From Felis catus (taxonomy: Eukaryota), in assembly GCF_018350175.1 (NCBI RefSeq), contig NC_058368.1:141982001-142046000 (forward strand): 64,000 bases of DNA. The letters are read 5' to 3'. Both the position numbers and the translations under genes were made by a program. The notes beneath the pieces are model-generated. The model was not told the origin of the DNA. It saw nothing but the letters and a program-made list of their open reading frames with translations, and made no database searches. Each line of letters starts with the position of its first letter. Position 1 is the first letter of the stretch. Positions 39,590 through 54,781 of the stretch are shown here, one piece after another.

Positions 39590-42500
39590 GCCCCTCATAC
39601 CAAACCTTAAAATGTACAATACATTGTTGTTGACTATAGGTACAATGTTGCACAGCAAATCTCTAGAGCTTATTCAACTTGCTTAATTAACTGAAACATT
39701 AGGTTTGCTGTTTAGTAATTGCCCATTTCCCTTTTCCTCCATCCCCTGGCACTGCCATGCCACTCTCTGATTCTATGAATTTGACTATTTTAGGTATCTC
39801 ACACCAGTGGAATCATTCAGTATTTGGCTTTTTGTGGCAGGCTTATTTCATTTAGCAGGTCTTCCAGGTTACTATAGTCTACTACGATACTCATTTTGCA
39901 AATGAAGAATCTGAAGCACAGGGAGATTGAGTAATTTATTCAAGATAACATTAACATTCAAACACAGGTAGTCTAGTTCTGCATACAAGCAGATAGCTCA
40001 CCACAGACTAACTGGGCAATATACAAAAAGACTGTAATACATGTTTTTTATATTACTGTTTTCATCGATTAGACTGTTAACTCTGTAAAGGAAAGAACCT
40101 TTTATAGGCTGAATGAGTACCTCATTCATCTATTCAACATTTACTAAATACCCCAACTGATTCAAGTTTTCAATAAATGTTTACTGAAATATATAAAACT
40201 AAATGAAACACAAAGTAGTCCTCTGCCCCAATCCTTTTAGTTTACAGTAGATGGTAAGGTTATTTAGGCAAGCAAATTTTGCTAATGTATTAGCAATATT
40301 AACTAAAGAAAGTTAACTTACAGAATTAAATTATCTTAAGCCAACTGAAATGCAGATTTCTCATAAAGATCCTTGAGAAATTATCAAATTAACCTTAGTG
40401 ATACTGAACTATTTTAGGTAAGCTTCAAGTCAGCCTTGAAAAGCCCTCTCCATGTCAAGAAGACAGAAGTAACATAAAAAAATACAAAGTGAAAACAAAA
40501 ATCTACACATCTAAAAACAATATGTTGAATATAGGCAAAAAAGAATCAAGCCGAAATGTTGCACCTATGGTTTTAAGATACGTTATCTGAAGAGATGATG
40601 AGGTATTTGAATTAACAGAAAATCAAGAATCACAGATCCTTAGAGCCTCAAAAGATCTTAAGAGATTTTAAAGAAACTGAGGCCTCATTCTTGATACCTA
40701 CTCCTAAAAGCAGATCTTTTAATAGGAGAAAAAAAGGGGCTCTATTGTCAGGAACGGTCACTATAAAGTTAAAAATACTAATACTTTCTTTAATGCTACT
40801 GATTTTAATATGAATATTCTCTTTATTTGTTTTACCAGTTACTTTTATTGAGGTGTCCAAACTACAAAAGTGTAGCTCATATAATAAATAATCAAAGAAT
40901 CAGATACTATAGGCTAATGATGATTAGGTAACCAGAATCAGGACACTATGATTTCAGTTTCTTAATATTCAAACTGTAGGAAAAAAGCCATGGTTGTAAG
41001 GATAGTTTTGATTTACCAAAAACAAAAGTCTAAACATTAAAATATGAGAGTTTAAATTAGTAAATCCTCCTACCTTTAAGAGTGAACATAGATTATATTT
41101 GTCCCCCATTATCTAATTATAAAACAATCTATTTTTCCTTTCAAAGTGTTATAAAGATAGAATATTCACCTTTTAAATTAAAGTCAATAAAAAATATTGT
41201 TCAAGATTTTAATATATTATAAAGCTGAAGTAGAGATAATTGCTTTAAAATACACAATTTGCAAATTTCACATGAGAAAAAAGGGTCAAAAACTAAAATT
41301 GAGAAACCTTGAATATTCTTTTGTATGTAAAAGAACCAATGAATATTCTAAACAATTTGTAGTACTTTTTATATGCAACTAAATTTTAAAAGAATAATTT
41401 ACCCTGGAAAACTTTGGTTCATCACCTTTAATGTTCTGGAGATACTTTCCCAAGAAAAGCACTACATAAAACCAAACAGAAAGTCATTATTAAGATATAG
41501 GAAATAAAACATGTTTTTCAACTCACACTTAAAGTGTGACATAGAAACTGAGAAAGGGGCACCTCGGTGGCTCAGTCAATTGGGTGTCCCACTTCGGCTC
41601 AGGTCATGATCTCACAGCTTGTGAGCTCAAGCCCCACATCAGGCTTGGTGCTGTCATCCGCACAAAGCCCGCTTTACATCCTCTGTCACTCTCCCTCTCT
41701 GTCCCTCCCCTGCTTGCGCATGCTCTCTCTCTCTCTCAAAAATAAAGAAAACATTAAAAAAACAAGAAACAGAGACAAAAAGGATGCTATCATTAAATGT
41801 AAGGGGCGCCCAGGTGGCTCAGTTGGTTAAGCATCTGACTTTGGCTCAGGTCATGATCTCACGGTTTGTGAGTTTGAGCCTCATGTCTGGGTCTGGGCTG
41901 AGAGCTCCGAGGCCACTTTGGATTCTCAGTCTCCCTTTCCCATTTACATGCACACTCCTTCTTTCTGTGTGTCTCAAAAATAAACATTAAAAAAAATACA
42001 AGTAGAAATGGACAAAATGACTGACATTTAAAACTTAAGCTCCTCTAGTTACCTTCTACAGTCATATTTTTTAAAAATCTATTTCCTTGATAATTTTTGT
42101 TGTCACTTATTTAGAATTTTAATATTGCATGTAGATAAATGTTCTACCCATCATATTATCTTGAGTTTGCAGGATTAAGGTTTATAATTTTATGTTCACA
42201 ATAAAAAAAATCACTCTTACTCGGGGCTAAATTTTGCTTCAATAATATCCTTAGAAGTACTTATCACAATGTTACAGTTTTCTAAAGAGATCTACATGTA
42301 GGAATAGATAATTAGGGATAACAGAATTATTGTCATGAAAATATACATAATAGTATAAATAAAGTATAAATATAAAATGTATTCAAGCTTCTTATGTTTC
42401 AATATGCTTGCTATGTCTAAATATGATGTAATTATACTTAGAATTCCACAAATAATTTCAATGATTTTACACAAAAAAAATTAAGCTTTTCTTAAAAAGA

Positions 42501-43256
42501 ATCTCTTGTTTTAATCAAATATACAATCATAATAAAAATCCTCTAAATATATTATAAAGGTGAAAGGGACTAATATTTCTTTCTCCAAATGGCTTCACTT
42601 TCTAAAGCCATACCATAGAAATAACTGACATTTTACCACAGAACAATATGAAACCTAGATTATGCATTTTACTGGTTATCACCTATCCAGTTTTACAATA
42701 TGTTTACATGTTGTCTGACTTAACAACATGAAGTGCTTTCAAACTAATGACTGTTAAATCAAGTTTAATCCTGAATATGAAATTATTAGATGCATTTTTA
42801 GAACAAACCTTTGAAGATACACAATAAACATACTTTTTTGATCTAGCCACTTCTCCATGCTATAGTCATTTGCCTGCTTTTAGCACCCTCTGCAGGTGAA
42901 CCAATATTATATATGACTTCTATGTCATTAAAAGCAGTAAAACAGAACCTTTGTGGAAAGGGTATAATGAAGGTGATTAAACTGTGAAGAAATAAAATAA
43001 AACACACTTTCTTAGTTCTTGTTTAAGGAGAAACAAACACTGTTTCCAAGTTAATTATTTAATTTACTAAAACAACGACAAAGAAGTGTGTGTGGGTCTT
43101 TGTATTTCAAAGATAAAATGCTACTTTCATCATGACCATGCTATTGACATACAGGAAACACTAAAATGAGATGTTAAAAAATGTTACAATTTGAAGAACA
43201 TGCCAAGAATATTCAAAGGATAAATTTCTTGAAGTAAAATGACATTGTTAACTTAC

Positions 43257-43389
43257 CATCTCTGTTGGACAAGAGACATACCAGGCCATTGAGGCATGTG
43301 TCTGTGACTTCTGAGATGTTGGTTGCACATCTGCCTATAGTTTGAATAGTGGCTGCTGCAAATTCTTTATCCTGGCTTTTCACATAGGT
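43257..43389 (-). CDS. AP3B1: AP3B1 exon (~13), 133 nt: [44 protein letters not shown]
   Basis: Translation match, acceptor tttttAG, donor GTaagt. Confidence 0.95.
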
Positions 43390-46300
43390 CTAAAAAATAC
43401 CATTTCAATTAGTTTATACTTTAGGGTACTAACAAGTGAACAAAAAGATCCCTATTGTATTAAGCTTTGTCAGAAATGAAAATTTTATAATACATAACAC
43501 AATATTCTCATTTATATGCGCAAGAGGTCCAAATGATGACTTAGCTTAATTAAATTTTGTTTTTTACTTAAACAATGTGCCTTAGAAGAGGCGCATTTTC
43601 AAGCCAGGTTCATTCACCTGTGGCCACAGAGGCTTGTGATTCCAAAACAGATAGTGGGGAGCAGTCACCCAAAGACAGCAATTAGTTTAAGTGCAAGGTT
43701 GAAAGAGATGATGAGAACTCTCTCTTTGGAGGTTTCAGTTCATTTAACCAGCAGCATCTGTGAATCTATGAAAAAAAGGGTTGCTTTTTCAGAGACACTA
43801 AATCTAAAGTTGGGAGAAGAGGAGGAAAAGGACAAATATACCACTGGCAAACATTTTACTTTCAAAATGGTATCTGAATGTAATAAAACTACAATAGCTA
43901 CAGTGAGTAGTTCAGTAAAGACTTTATATATATTCATTTTGTAACAAAATGCCACAGTTTTGAAATAGATTTTCTTTAAAAGAATGTTTTGAAAATATAG
44001 TGTAGGGGCATCTGGGTGGCTCAGTTAAGCAACCGACTCTTGATTTCAGCTCAGGTCACGATTTCATGGTTTATGGGATCAAGCCGCCCATCAGGCTCTG
44101 CACTGAGTGCGGAGACTGCTTCGGATTCTGTGTCTCCGTCTCTCTCGGCTCCTCCCCTGCTCTCTCTCTCTCTCTCTCTCTCCCAAAAAATTAATAAAAC
44201 TAAAAAAAATTTTAAAATAAAAACAAAAATGTAAACTATATATTTATATAAACTTAAAAATAACTGATTTAATAATAGAAAGTGAAAAGATCTTTACAAA
44301 ATTTACTATAACCCTAACGAATTTCACTTTGATTATAAATTTCTTAATTTAAAATTCAGCTTTGTTTACAGAAATGAGTATACTTTAAATATGCATATTT
44401 ATATATTATATGTAACAAAATTTAAAATCCCATGTTCGCCTGAATTTTTTTTAATTTTTTTTTTTTTTTAAATAAGCTTTACGCTCAACATGGGCTTAAA
44501 CTTACAACCCTGAGATCAAGAGTTGCATGTTCTACTGACTGGGCAAGTCAAGTGCCCCTCAATGGAATTTTTTTTTTCTTTTAAGTAGGCTTCAAGCCCA
44601 GTGCAGAGCCCAATGCGGGACTTGCACTCACGGCCGTGAGATCAAGACCTGAGCTGAGATCAAGACTCGGATACTTAACTGACTGAACCACCCAGGTGTC
44701 CCTCAAGTGAATTTTTTAAAAAAAGACTGCCAACCTCAAATGAGAAGAACATAATGTACAATTAACACTGTGGTTCTCTAACATGCCAAAGAGGATGTAC
44801 ATTTAAATGGTGCTGAAGAGAAAAATCTAAGAATATCTAAAACCATACAAATTTTGTGAAAATAGTACAAATAACAGGATAAATACTGAAGAAATAAATA
44901 AAACAAATTCTCTTAGTACCATGTAGGAGAGGTCAATTGTATTTAAAACTGTTTCCCACTTGATGACATAATTTCCTCAATTAGAATACGTCATTAGAAA
45001 AATTCTCTATTTTACTCAAAAAATTACTATTGTAAGTAAACTGAACATATCTATAAACATAACCCATAAAACACACAAATGAGGTACAAATATTAACAGT
45101 GATAAAAAGTGGATACATAAAGAATGTATTAGAAAGTCTGACTAACTAAAGGACCTTATGCCCTGATATTAAATGAAATTAAATGAAATCGGTAGGTCAC
45201 CAATATTCTGAAATAGGTCCAACGTATCACTTGTGTACAATTAAACAATGCTATAAAATTACCTGAGACTCACTGTCTACATCCCCAGTAAACCTGACAT
45301 AAGCAGCAGGTTGGCAGCAAAAGGCTACCCAAAAAGATTACCCACAATAAGGAAAGGGCAAACACAAACATTGAGACAAAAAATTAAAAACTTAAAAAAA
45401 AAAAAAAAGCAAACCTCTAAAAATGAGGTAAAAATCAAACCCAAACAATGTTCTATAGCTATAGATTACTGAATAAGAACTTGAGATACTATATTTCCTG
45501 GCATATATAAACATAAGATGACTGAATAGCCATAACATCCTAATTTTATAAGTCATCCTCCTAGGAAAACATACAGCATGAAAGTACAGTAATCCAGTTC
45601 TGAAATTATAAATCCTAGACATGCTATAATATTCTACTACTTCTGTTGAAAGTATAAGGTCACACAGTTAAGAAAATACAATGCCTATTTAGCTAAAAGG
45701 AAATTTAAAATGGGTATACAGGAGGATTATAGCAACAAAGTAAATTAAATCCATAAAAGTTGGGAGTTGGCAAAAACTAATTTGTGTGTAGCATGTGGTA
45801 CATTTTTACTAAGAAAACTGCTGATGAAATATAAAAACCCATAATACTAAGATTAGGTTTTCTATTGCTGTCATCTACCAACTAAGTGTCCAGCCCTGAC
45901 CATTCCAACATGAAGGCTATATTCATGAGGTAAGTTTTGAATAACACTCTTTTAAGGGTGTAGAGCTGAGAAGCACCTCATCCAAAAGCATTAATGGCTT
46001 AAATAAATACAACAAAAGAAAACACTGATAAAAACATCATGACAGGAGAAATTTTAGACCAAAAGTACATAAAGCTAAGAGGACACTGTCTAAAAGAGTA
46101 TAGGTCAATGAAACAGGACAAGCTGTTAAGAAGTGAAGCTATTTTCATGAATGCAGAGTATAGACTGATACTGATGACAGCACAGAGAGATGGAATCCTT
46201 ACCAATAACATAATTTCAAAAAAAAAACCAAACAAACAAACCACAGTTATAAACCAGTCTTTCAAATTCAATGAAAACATGAAGGGGATTACTATTCTAT

Positions 46301-46492
46301 GTCCCTTAAATTTTGAATTTGTAGTTAATGTTTATTCTTGAAAATTTATACATTTCTTAGTTCTCAAACTTGTCCCAAATCACTATTTTATTTAACACAA
46401 TTATCTACTTCTAAACTGAGAATGATGTATATTTGACTGTAAACTGAACAAATATTTTGTAAGTTATTTTATAATTAGCATTATATACAAAC

Positions 46493-46555
46493 CTGAAATT
46501 CTCGGAGAAGAGTTGATATGTTGGCTTCATTTGCCAAATTTGTTAAAATTTCAAG
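46493..46555 (-). CDS. AP3B1: AP3B1 exon (~12), 63 nt: LEILTNLANEANISTLLREFQ
   Basis: Translation match, acceptor ccctAG, donor GTttgt. Confidence 0.95.
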
Positions 46556-47586
46556 CTAGGGTAGAGAAAAGAGTACCATTTTAAAACATAAATAAAAAGG
46601 ATTAATTTAATAAGGACTAGGCATTTAATACAAAGGTCACTTATGTTTTTAACAAAAGTCACACTGTTACAAATATTGAGGCATAATGCCCTTCAGATGA
46701 ATTTTTGTCTTCCTACATCTCCAAAGAGAAGACAGATAATTATATAATGCTTAAAAATAATTAGGAAAAAAGAGAAGCCTACATCTTCCCTGTTTGTCCC
46801 AACTTTACAATTTGTATTTAATTAAAAAAGATTTTTTTGTTTATTTTTGAGATTGAGACAGTGTGAGTAGGTGAGGGGTAGAGATAGAGAGGGAGACACA
46901 GAATCTGAAGCAGGTTGCAAGCTATGAGCTGCTAGCACAGAGAATGATGTGCTTGAATTCACAGACTATGAGATCATGACCTAAGCCAAAGTCGGATGCT
47001 TAACCAACTGAGCCACCCAGGCACCCCTATATCTACTTAACCTGAACAATTTGAGGTGGCTGGGCTTTTTCCCCTCTTTGTTAATAAAGCTAGAAAACAA
47101 GTCGTCTTCCATGTAATACCTCTGTTTTTCCAGATACTAATTAATTCTCTTGATTTGTTCTCATTCATTCTACCATCCCAAATACTTGGGACATTTTAAT
47201 TCTCTCTTCTGGATTTACAGTTATAAGAAATATGCAATTAAAAGTGCTTCTCCAACAGACTAAGAAAGTTCCAGTTTTTACTCATAAAAAATATTCAAAA
47301 AATCTGAAGGAAAGCATGAAAAAGGAAAAAAGGAACAGAACAGACAGCATAAACAGAAAATAAACCACAAGATGTATATATGTATGTAGCTACATGGTCA
47401 TATCATGCTCCATATACATGGTCATACCAATAAATACATTTAAAATAAATGGTCTAAGCGCACCTGGGTGGCTCAGTCGATTTAGCGTCTGACTCTGGAT
47501 CTCGGCTCAGGCCATAATGCCATGATTCATGAGTTCAAGTCTCATGTTGGGCTCTGTACTGATGGAGCAAAGCCTGCTTGGGATTC

Positions 47587-47634
<48 letters not shown>

Positions 47635-47835
47635 CCTCCCTTGCTCATACTTGCATGCTCTCTCTCTCAAAATAAATAAATCAACTTTAAAAAAAAAAAC
47701 AAAAAAAACACGGTGCCTGAGTGGTTCAGTTGGTTAAGCAACCAACTTCAGTAAAGGTCATGATCTCAAGTTTGTAGGTTCAAGCCCCACGCCGGGCTCT
47801 GTGCTGACAGCTCAGAGCCTGGAGCCCACTTCTGA

Positions 47836-47867
<32 letters not shown>

Positions 47868-49467
47868 CTCCCTCCTGCCCCCCTCTGGCTCGTGCTCTGT
47901 CTCTCAAAAATAAACAATAAATAAATAAATAAATAAATAGTCTAAACATTCCAATTAAAAGGGTTGGACTGTAGAAGTTCTTTATATTTTTTGAGTCCTA
48001 GTCATTTCTCAGATACAGGTACTGGGAATTTTTTTTCCCAGATTATGGCTTGACTTTATTTTATTTTGATGAAAACATTTTAATTTTTTAAAAACAATCT
48101 CAAACATATAGAAAAAGTAATAAGAACTATTTTAGTTTGAATCATTTGAGAGTTACCAATCTGATACCACATCATCCCCAAAGACTTCTGTGTATGTTCC
48201 TCACAAACAAGGACATTGTCCTACAGAACACAATAGAATCAAGAAAGTAACACTGACACATGCAATCATATTCCCATTTAAGTTTTACAAATTATCTCAA
48301 TCCTATAACATAAATGGATCCAGTTCAATACCACACATTGAATTCAGATGTATCTTTAGTCTCCTTCAGCCAGAAACTTTTTCAGTCTTTCTTTTGACCT
48401 TTATAACTTTGACATTTTCAATGATGACAAACCAATTATTTTCTAAAATATCCTTCCATTTGTCTTTTTAATGTTTATTTATTTGGTGGGGGGGGGGGAG
48501 AAAGTGGAGGAGGGGCAGGGAGAAAGTGGAGGAGGGGCAGAGAGAAAGGGGGACAGAGAATTCTAAGCAGGCTCCATGCTGTCAACACACAAACCAACAT
48601 GAGGCTTGATCTCATGAACCGTGAGATCATGACCTGAGTTGAAATCAAGAGCAGGACCCTTAACCAACTGAGTCACCCAAGCACTCCTAAAATATCCTTC
48701 AATTTGGATGTGTATTAGATTTTTGTATAATTAAACCCAGTTTCCATGTGCATACCCAATCATTCCAACATTTGCTGAAAAGTCCATCCTTCCCGCGCTG
48801 GTTTGTAATGTGTTCTCTATTACATAGTACGTTTTCATACACATGGATCTGTTTCCACACTTTCTATTTCATCCCACTTATTTTTCTGTCTAAATATCAC
48901 ATTGTTTTAATTATCATAGCTTTATATCCCTAACTACACTCTGTTCTGCAGGTATTATGCCCTGAACACAACACTCTTTCATAATCTGTGTTAGCATAAA
49001 CTGTTCTTCTCTCCTACTCCCAACCCCACAAATTCCCAATCTACCAACCAAAATAAAAAAATTCACAAAAATATTATTCTTTTAAGATCCTCTTAAACAT
49101 CAACTTTTCTACAAGTATTTTCTAAATCCTAGAGAATTAACCCCATCTTTCTTGTTCTACACAGTACTCAATTCAAATCTATATAATATCATGAAAACAC
49201 ACTAGGGCTGAAATTATCTATTTACATGACTGTCTCCTTCAGTATACTATGAGTTATTCAAGGGGCAGGTAGCATGTATAAAGTCTGTACTATTAGGATG
49301 CAGCACAGAAAGTGGATATAATAATACAGTTTAGAAAGCATAAAGAAAATCCCTAAGTGTGTCTGTGTTTTTTAAGAAGGTCTCCATTTTGCAGATACTA
49401 GAAGCTACAGCAATATCTTCAAAGTAAACGTGTACTAAGGATACCTGAAAAATAAGCACATGCATAC

Positions 49468-49539
49468 CTTCAGTGTCTTGATCATAGTTGGATCAGTTGA
49501 CCTAACATAGAAACTCTTCAGATAAGGTTCAAACATACC
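49468..49539 (-). CDS. AP3B1: AP3B1 exon (~11), 72 nt: [24 protein letters not shown]
   Basis: Translation match, AG/GT boundaries, 88-nt upstream intron. Confidence 0.95.
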
Positions 49540-49627
49540 CTAGATTATAAAAAATACATATATAAATACATTTATGATACCAATGCATTCATTTCTCTCT
49601 TGAATTATGTGTTCACAATGTACATAC

Positions 49628-49682
49628 CTTTCTTTGAATTGACATAGTTGCTATATTCTGTAGGACAATATACTGCACCTCC
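49628..49682 (-). CDS. AP3B1: AP3B1 exon (~10), 55 nt: EVQYIVLQNIATMSIQRK
   Basis: Acceptor tttctAG, donor GTatgt, frame consistent. Confidence 0.95.
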
Positions 49683-50764
49683 CTAGAAATTAAGGGAGAA
49701 TTTTTACTGGATATATTTTCCAATTAGGTATCTTTATGTAAACAGTATATTAAAGAAAAAAAAACAGCAATAAGCTTCATATTGCATTCAACTTGAATAT
49801 TAAAAAGTTTTTAGTAAATTTTAGATACTTTTAAATATCTTCTTTTTAAACACATTTTTCCTATAAATTATTAATAAATTGGATTTGATTCATCATTAGA
49901 AAATTAAAAACCAATTTTATAATCCTGTAACTCCTAAGATGTAAAGCCAATACTGTAGCTGCTCTGAACACATGCAAGGAAAGTATTCTTAGGGCTAAGG
50001 GAATAAACATAACCACAGTATTAACACAAACTCTTGGTAAGATGCTCACTGTGTCACTCAATTATGAATTATGACTAGAGTGAAAAGATAGAGTAAAAAA
50101 AAAAAAAAAAGTCATGTTCTTTTATGTCCAAATAGCTAAGACATGAAGGTAGAAATGAATCTGGTATAAAGCTTCATGTGAAAGATGCATTCCAGATCCT
50201 CTGATAACCTTTGAGCTGGCTGTAGAAAATAAAATTATTGAACTGATAAAAAGGAAAAGAAGAGGAAGGAACAGGAGCACAAAGGACCTCACTAAGGAAT
50301 GGCAAAAGTCAGCCCAGGGCTAAATAGTTATGGTGCTGAAGTCACGTTAAAGACAAAAATAAATATGCGTCTTCCCCCCGCCCAACTCTATTAGTAGAGG
50401 TAAGCACTCACTGAAAAAAAATTTTAAATTTAACTAATTATTAACAAAATATTCAGGGTAAGGTAAATAGCTGAAACAATGTTATAATTCTTAATACACA
50501 GTAAACAAAACAAATGATAAAAATCTGATATTAAACTTTGCCAAAACATTTTCAATCTCTTTGGGCTTGAGGTTAAAAACATTTTATATTTATCTCTAAC
50601 CTAGAGATAAATTATGTAAAGGCTTTAATCAAGATCCCTTAAGTATGAAATCTTATTGATATAATACAGAACCATGTAATAAATGTCTGAAAGACAGATG
50701 ACATTTATTCAAACATTACCTTTGAAGGAATACAAAAGAAATAACATATAAAATCACGTCCTAC

Positions 50765-50862
50765 CTATTGCTACGAAGTAAACGCACTAGTGACTTAGAA
50801 ATAATGCCAACTTCAGATTTTGGTGATATGTGCCAATACAGCTGAGCAACTGCCATAACCAC
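50765..50862 (-). CDS. AP3B1: AP3B1 exon (~9), 98 nt: [32 protein letters not shown](R)
   Basis: Translation matches AP3B1, AG/GT boundaries, frame continues from the previous exon. Confidence 0.95.
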
Positions 50863-51022
50863 CTAAAAGATAAAGTATGAAAACAAGAGCTATGAACACG
50901 GGAGCATGCTACAGTTTCAGAGTATTTGTACATTTGCTACAGTTTCAGAGTACATTTCTACAAATTGTTTCTTTAACTCCAGCAAAATCCATGTGAAGTA
51001 AGATGGATATGCTGCTACCCTT

Positions 51023-51434
51023 TGAAGCAGGCTGAAGAGTGTTCTCCCAAGAATTCATGTCTACCCTCAGAATATGACATTACCTGGAGATAAAATCTTT
51101 GCAGATATTATTAAGATAATGATGGAGATGAGACCACACTGGATTAGGGTACGCCCTAAATCCAGTGAGTGTCCTTAGTAGAGACATAAAAGGACAGACA
51201 CAGAGAAGGCAGTGTGAACAGTGGAGGAAGAGATCGGAGGGAAGAATCTGTAAGCCAGGGAATGCAGAACTGTTAGCATCCACTATACACCAGCAAAAAG
51301 CAGTTTCTCTCTTAGAGCCTCCAGAAGGAACCAACCCTTCGATATCCTACTAAAAAGTGAGAAAATAAAGTTCCGTTGTTTTAATTCACCTGGTTTGTGG
51401 TAATTTGTTATGACAGCCCTAGGAAACTAATACA
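51023..51434 (+). mobile_element. MaLR solo LTR (MLT1 family)
   Basis: tggattagggt..gccctaaatcca..gtgtcctt core, ending tttgtggtaatttgttatgacagccctaggaaactaataca. Confidence 0.85.
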
Positions 51435-54400
51435 GAGGAGAGAACAGAAAAGAAAATAGATGTTATGAGAAAACAGATGTTAAGTGAACTACCCAAAGTC
51501 TGCTTGGCAGTACAAAGCAAAGCTTGATACAGCACTCCAAATCCCCTATTCTTCTTAATACTGCTGCTTCTGCTCTGAAATTGGGAATATTTTAAAAGTG
51601 GTAAGCATGCCTTTCCAAATGAAGCCCAGATACTTTAGGACAAAACTAACAATCTGAAAATTTAAAAAAATCAGTATGTGAAATCAGTATGTCAGTAAGT
51701 TATAATTAAACGAATTCTATTAAAACAATTCCTCTAAAACAGCATTTGAAATGATCTTCTTTTTCTCTAAAATGCAGAACCTTAAAAATAGTCTTTGCTT
51801 CAAAGCCATTATAAGGGTGATAAAATATAAGAGTACAATGTTTCCCCTACATGCCTCTACACTTAGATCTAGACATCAAAAGTCCAAACTGGAAAGTTAT
51901 CCAGCTTTACTTGTGACAAATGCAGAAAATAGTTACATCATCTTGCCTTTAGCTCAGAAAATATAGCACTACTACTTTACTTCTGCTTAGTCTATAAAGT
52001 AGTAACAAATACATAGCAGGGATTTTACATATGCTTAAAGAGCATACAATACCTGAGGATGCTTGAGATAAAGAATTTCCTTCTAAAATTAAGAAACATG
52101 TTTTAAAAATACAGTTCTCAGAGTCCTAAATGCACTGTTGTTTGGCACTTTGTTGTACTTTTTTTTATAAGACTGATTTATAGCTTTCAGATATTGGGAA
52201 TTTGAGGAGTTTAAGGATATTTTATTTCTTCAGTTATGATCCACAAATACACTCTAGTTACAGAACAAACTCTCCAGAATTTAAAATCTTATAAAATAAA
52301 ATCTCAATTAATGACTGTTTTAATCTAAAGTAGGTGATAGTCATTTAAAAAAAATATTAAAGCAGGGGCGCCTGGGTGGCTCAGTCGATTAAACATCCGA
52401 CTTTGGCTCAGGTCATGATCTCACGATTCCTGAGTTCGAGCCCTTTATTGGGCTCTGTGCTATCAGCCCAGACCCCACTCCAGATCCTATGTCCACCTCT
52501 CTCTGCCTCTCCCCCACTCATGCTTTCTCTCTCTCAAAAATAAATAAATATTTTTAAAATATTAAAGCATACAGCTGGCTAATAAGTATTAGTACATAAC
52601 AGAAAAGCTGAAGATTTCTTTTCACGTATTTTACAGGAAATAATTAAGTCATTTTCTGTTAAAAATAGTAAGCCAAATGCTACTGGAAAGAAGATAAACC
52701 GTACTTTCTATATGTGTAGAGGCTTTTAAGATTCTAGATGCCACTTAGCATGTCATCTCCTCCCATATGTTAATTAGGGCACTCCCTCAAGCCCACAAGG
52801 GCTACATACTCTTATTCTCCCCCAGTATTTACACATCTAACAGTTTAAAGTTTCTTCTGTAACCAGAATTTGAAATTTGTAGTCTAATTTGTAAACGCTC
52901 TGTAAGAGGGAAGCTCCCATATCTCCAAAGTCCAAAATAAGTAAAACATACAAATTGGATAGACCTTGTAAAGTTCCATTATGTACATTCATGATACAAA
53001 GTGTATCCTATAAGCACTTTTCTATCCCTAACTACTGATACCACTATCACCTTATCTAGACCGTTAGAACAGCCTCCCAACACTGTTTCCAGTGCCCCGT
53101 GCCTGCAATTCAACCTACACAGCACTGACCAAATAAGTTTCCTGAAAAAAAAATTCTCAAAGTCTCTCCTTTAACTGAGAACAGGGCTAAAATAAAGAAA
53201 TCTGTTCGCAATCCTTCAAGCCAGGCTTTACATGTGTTTGGCAGCATCAAATATGCAGGACACCAAAACATACTGGGACAAAAAGGGAACTCTGTCCATT
53301 TGGTACACAATCAAGTAAGCAGGGAATCAAAACATATTGGGACAAGAAATACAAGCTACTTCTATTTGTTTCACCATTCAAGAACATTTTTGATCAGTAA
53401 GTATTTGGATTATAAAATCAATTCCCAAGGCAAAGTTAAACAGTGAGTCAATTATGAAGAATGGTTTTGGGTGGTAAGTTACAGCTACTTAAATACAAGC
53501 TGGCCAAGCTGGGCTCAGTGAAACAGAATCATATTTTACAAAATAATATTTTTTATTACTGTGTATGGTTATTTAATAGTGATATAGAAATTAAATTGAG
53601 GTATAAGAGAAAAACTTCTGCTGATTACTAGGATATATATACAAAACTCTAAGCTCTAAATTCACAAGCATCAGAAAACTTAAAGTAATTCAAGTACAGT
53701 TCCACATTTTCTAAGTTTTTACTAGTTAAACAGAGTAATTATTAAGAACATTTTTAATTAAAAAATATTAAGAAAATGTTTTACTTGACTCCATCTAACA
53801 TTTAGATATAACTTCCAGTTAACAGGTAAAACAGAGGTACAGAACAAAAAATTAAATAGCACTATAAAAGAAGCAAAGAGAAAACCCAGAAGAGTATTCT
53901 GCAGGACTTGAGAGGTTTAAGAACAATAACAACCAGGTGCAAGAGATACTGGTTTAGATGATCTATTTATAAAAGATAATTTAAGATAAATTGGCATTAA
54001 ATGAGATGAAATTTTACTGAAATAGAGAGGACTGACTAGGGAAAAAAAAGATTAAAAAGTACTATATGCAGTATGATTTTTATCTTAGTTTAAAAAATAC
54101 ATATGTGTAGATATACGCACATGTGAATATACATATATTTATGCAGAAAAAGGATCTGGAAGAAAATGCATCAAGATATTATACAGTGATTTCTGAATGA
54201 TTGGAATATGCTATTTTAAGTTTTTTTAAAATTTCTGCTAGTCCCTACTTCCTAATTTTTTATTGTGTACATGTATTGTTTTGAAATATAAAGTATATTT
54301 AAAATAAGAAGACGTAAAACAAAATAAGCTCAGGACTCAAATGAAGATGATCTTTAATTGTTAGTCAACCCTACCAACTAAAATTTATTACGTATGTGGT

Positions 54401-54781
54401 GTTATGCTAGGAGCTTTTTTCTATGTTAGCCTCTTAAAAATTCTTACAAGGTTCATATAAATACTATGGACTGATACCAGATTGAGTGCTCTCAACTACA
54501 AACAAGTAACAGAAATATACAGTCTCCCAATCCACTGAGAAACATCTTAGGAAAAGCCAATTAACAAAACCACAAAAAAGTAAATGAAGTCCAGTAGGTA
54601 TATAACTACCAAGCCAAGTATTTAATAAAAGCCTGATTTTTGATGTATAAACAAATAAACAAACAAATGCTCCAGTAGCACACTAAAAAATAAAGACTTG
54701 TTTAGTGAACTTACGTACTTTTAACCACTGTTTAAAAAAAAAAAAAAAACAAACCCATGATTTTTGTAAGGTTTAACATAC

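Noticed and set aside
43560..43960. Unique-looking block with a 102-aa ORF next to exon ~13
   Set aside because: There is no homology or splice structure I can support. It could be conserved non-coding sequence, but the sequence alone gives no evidence.
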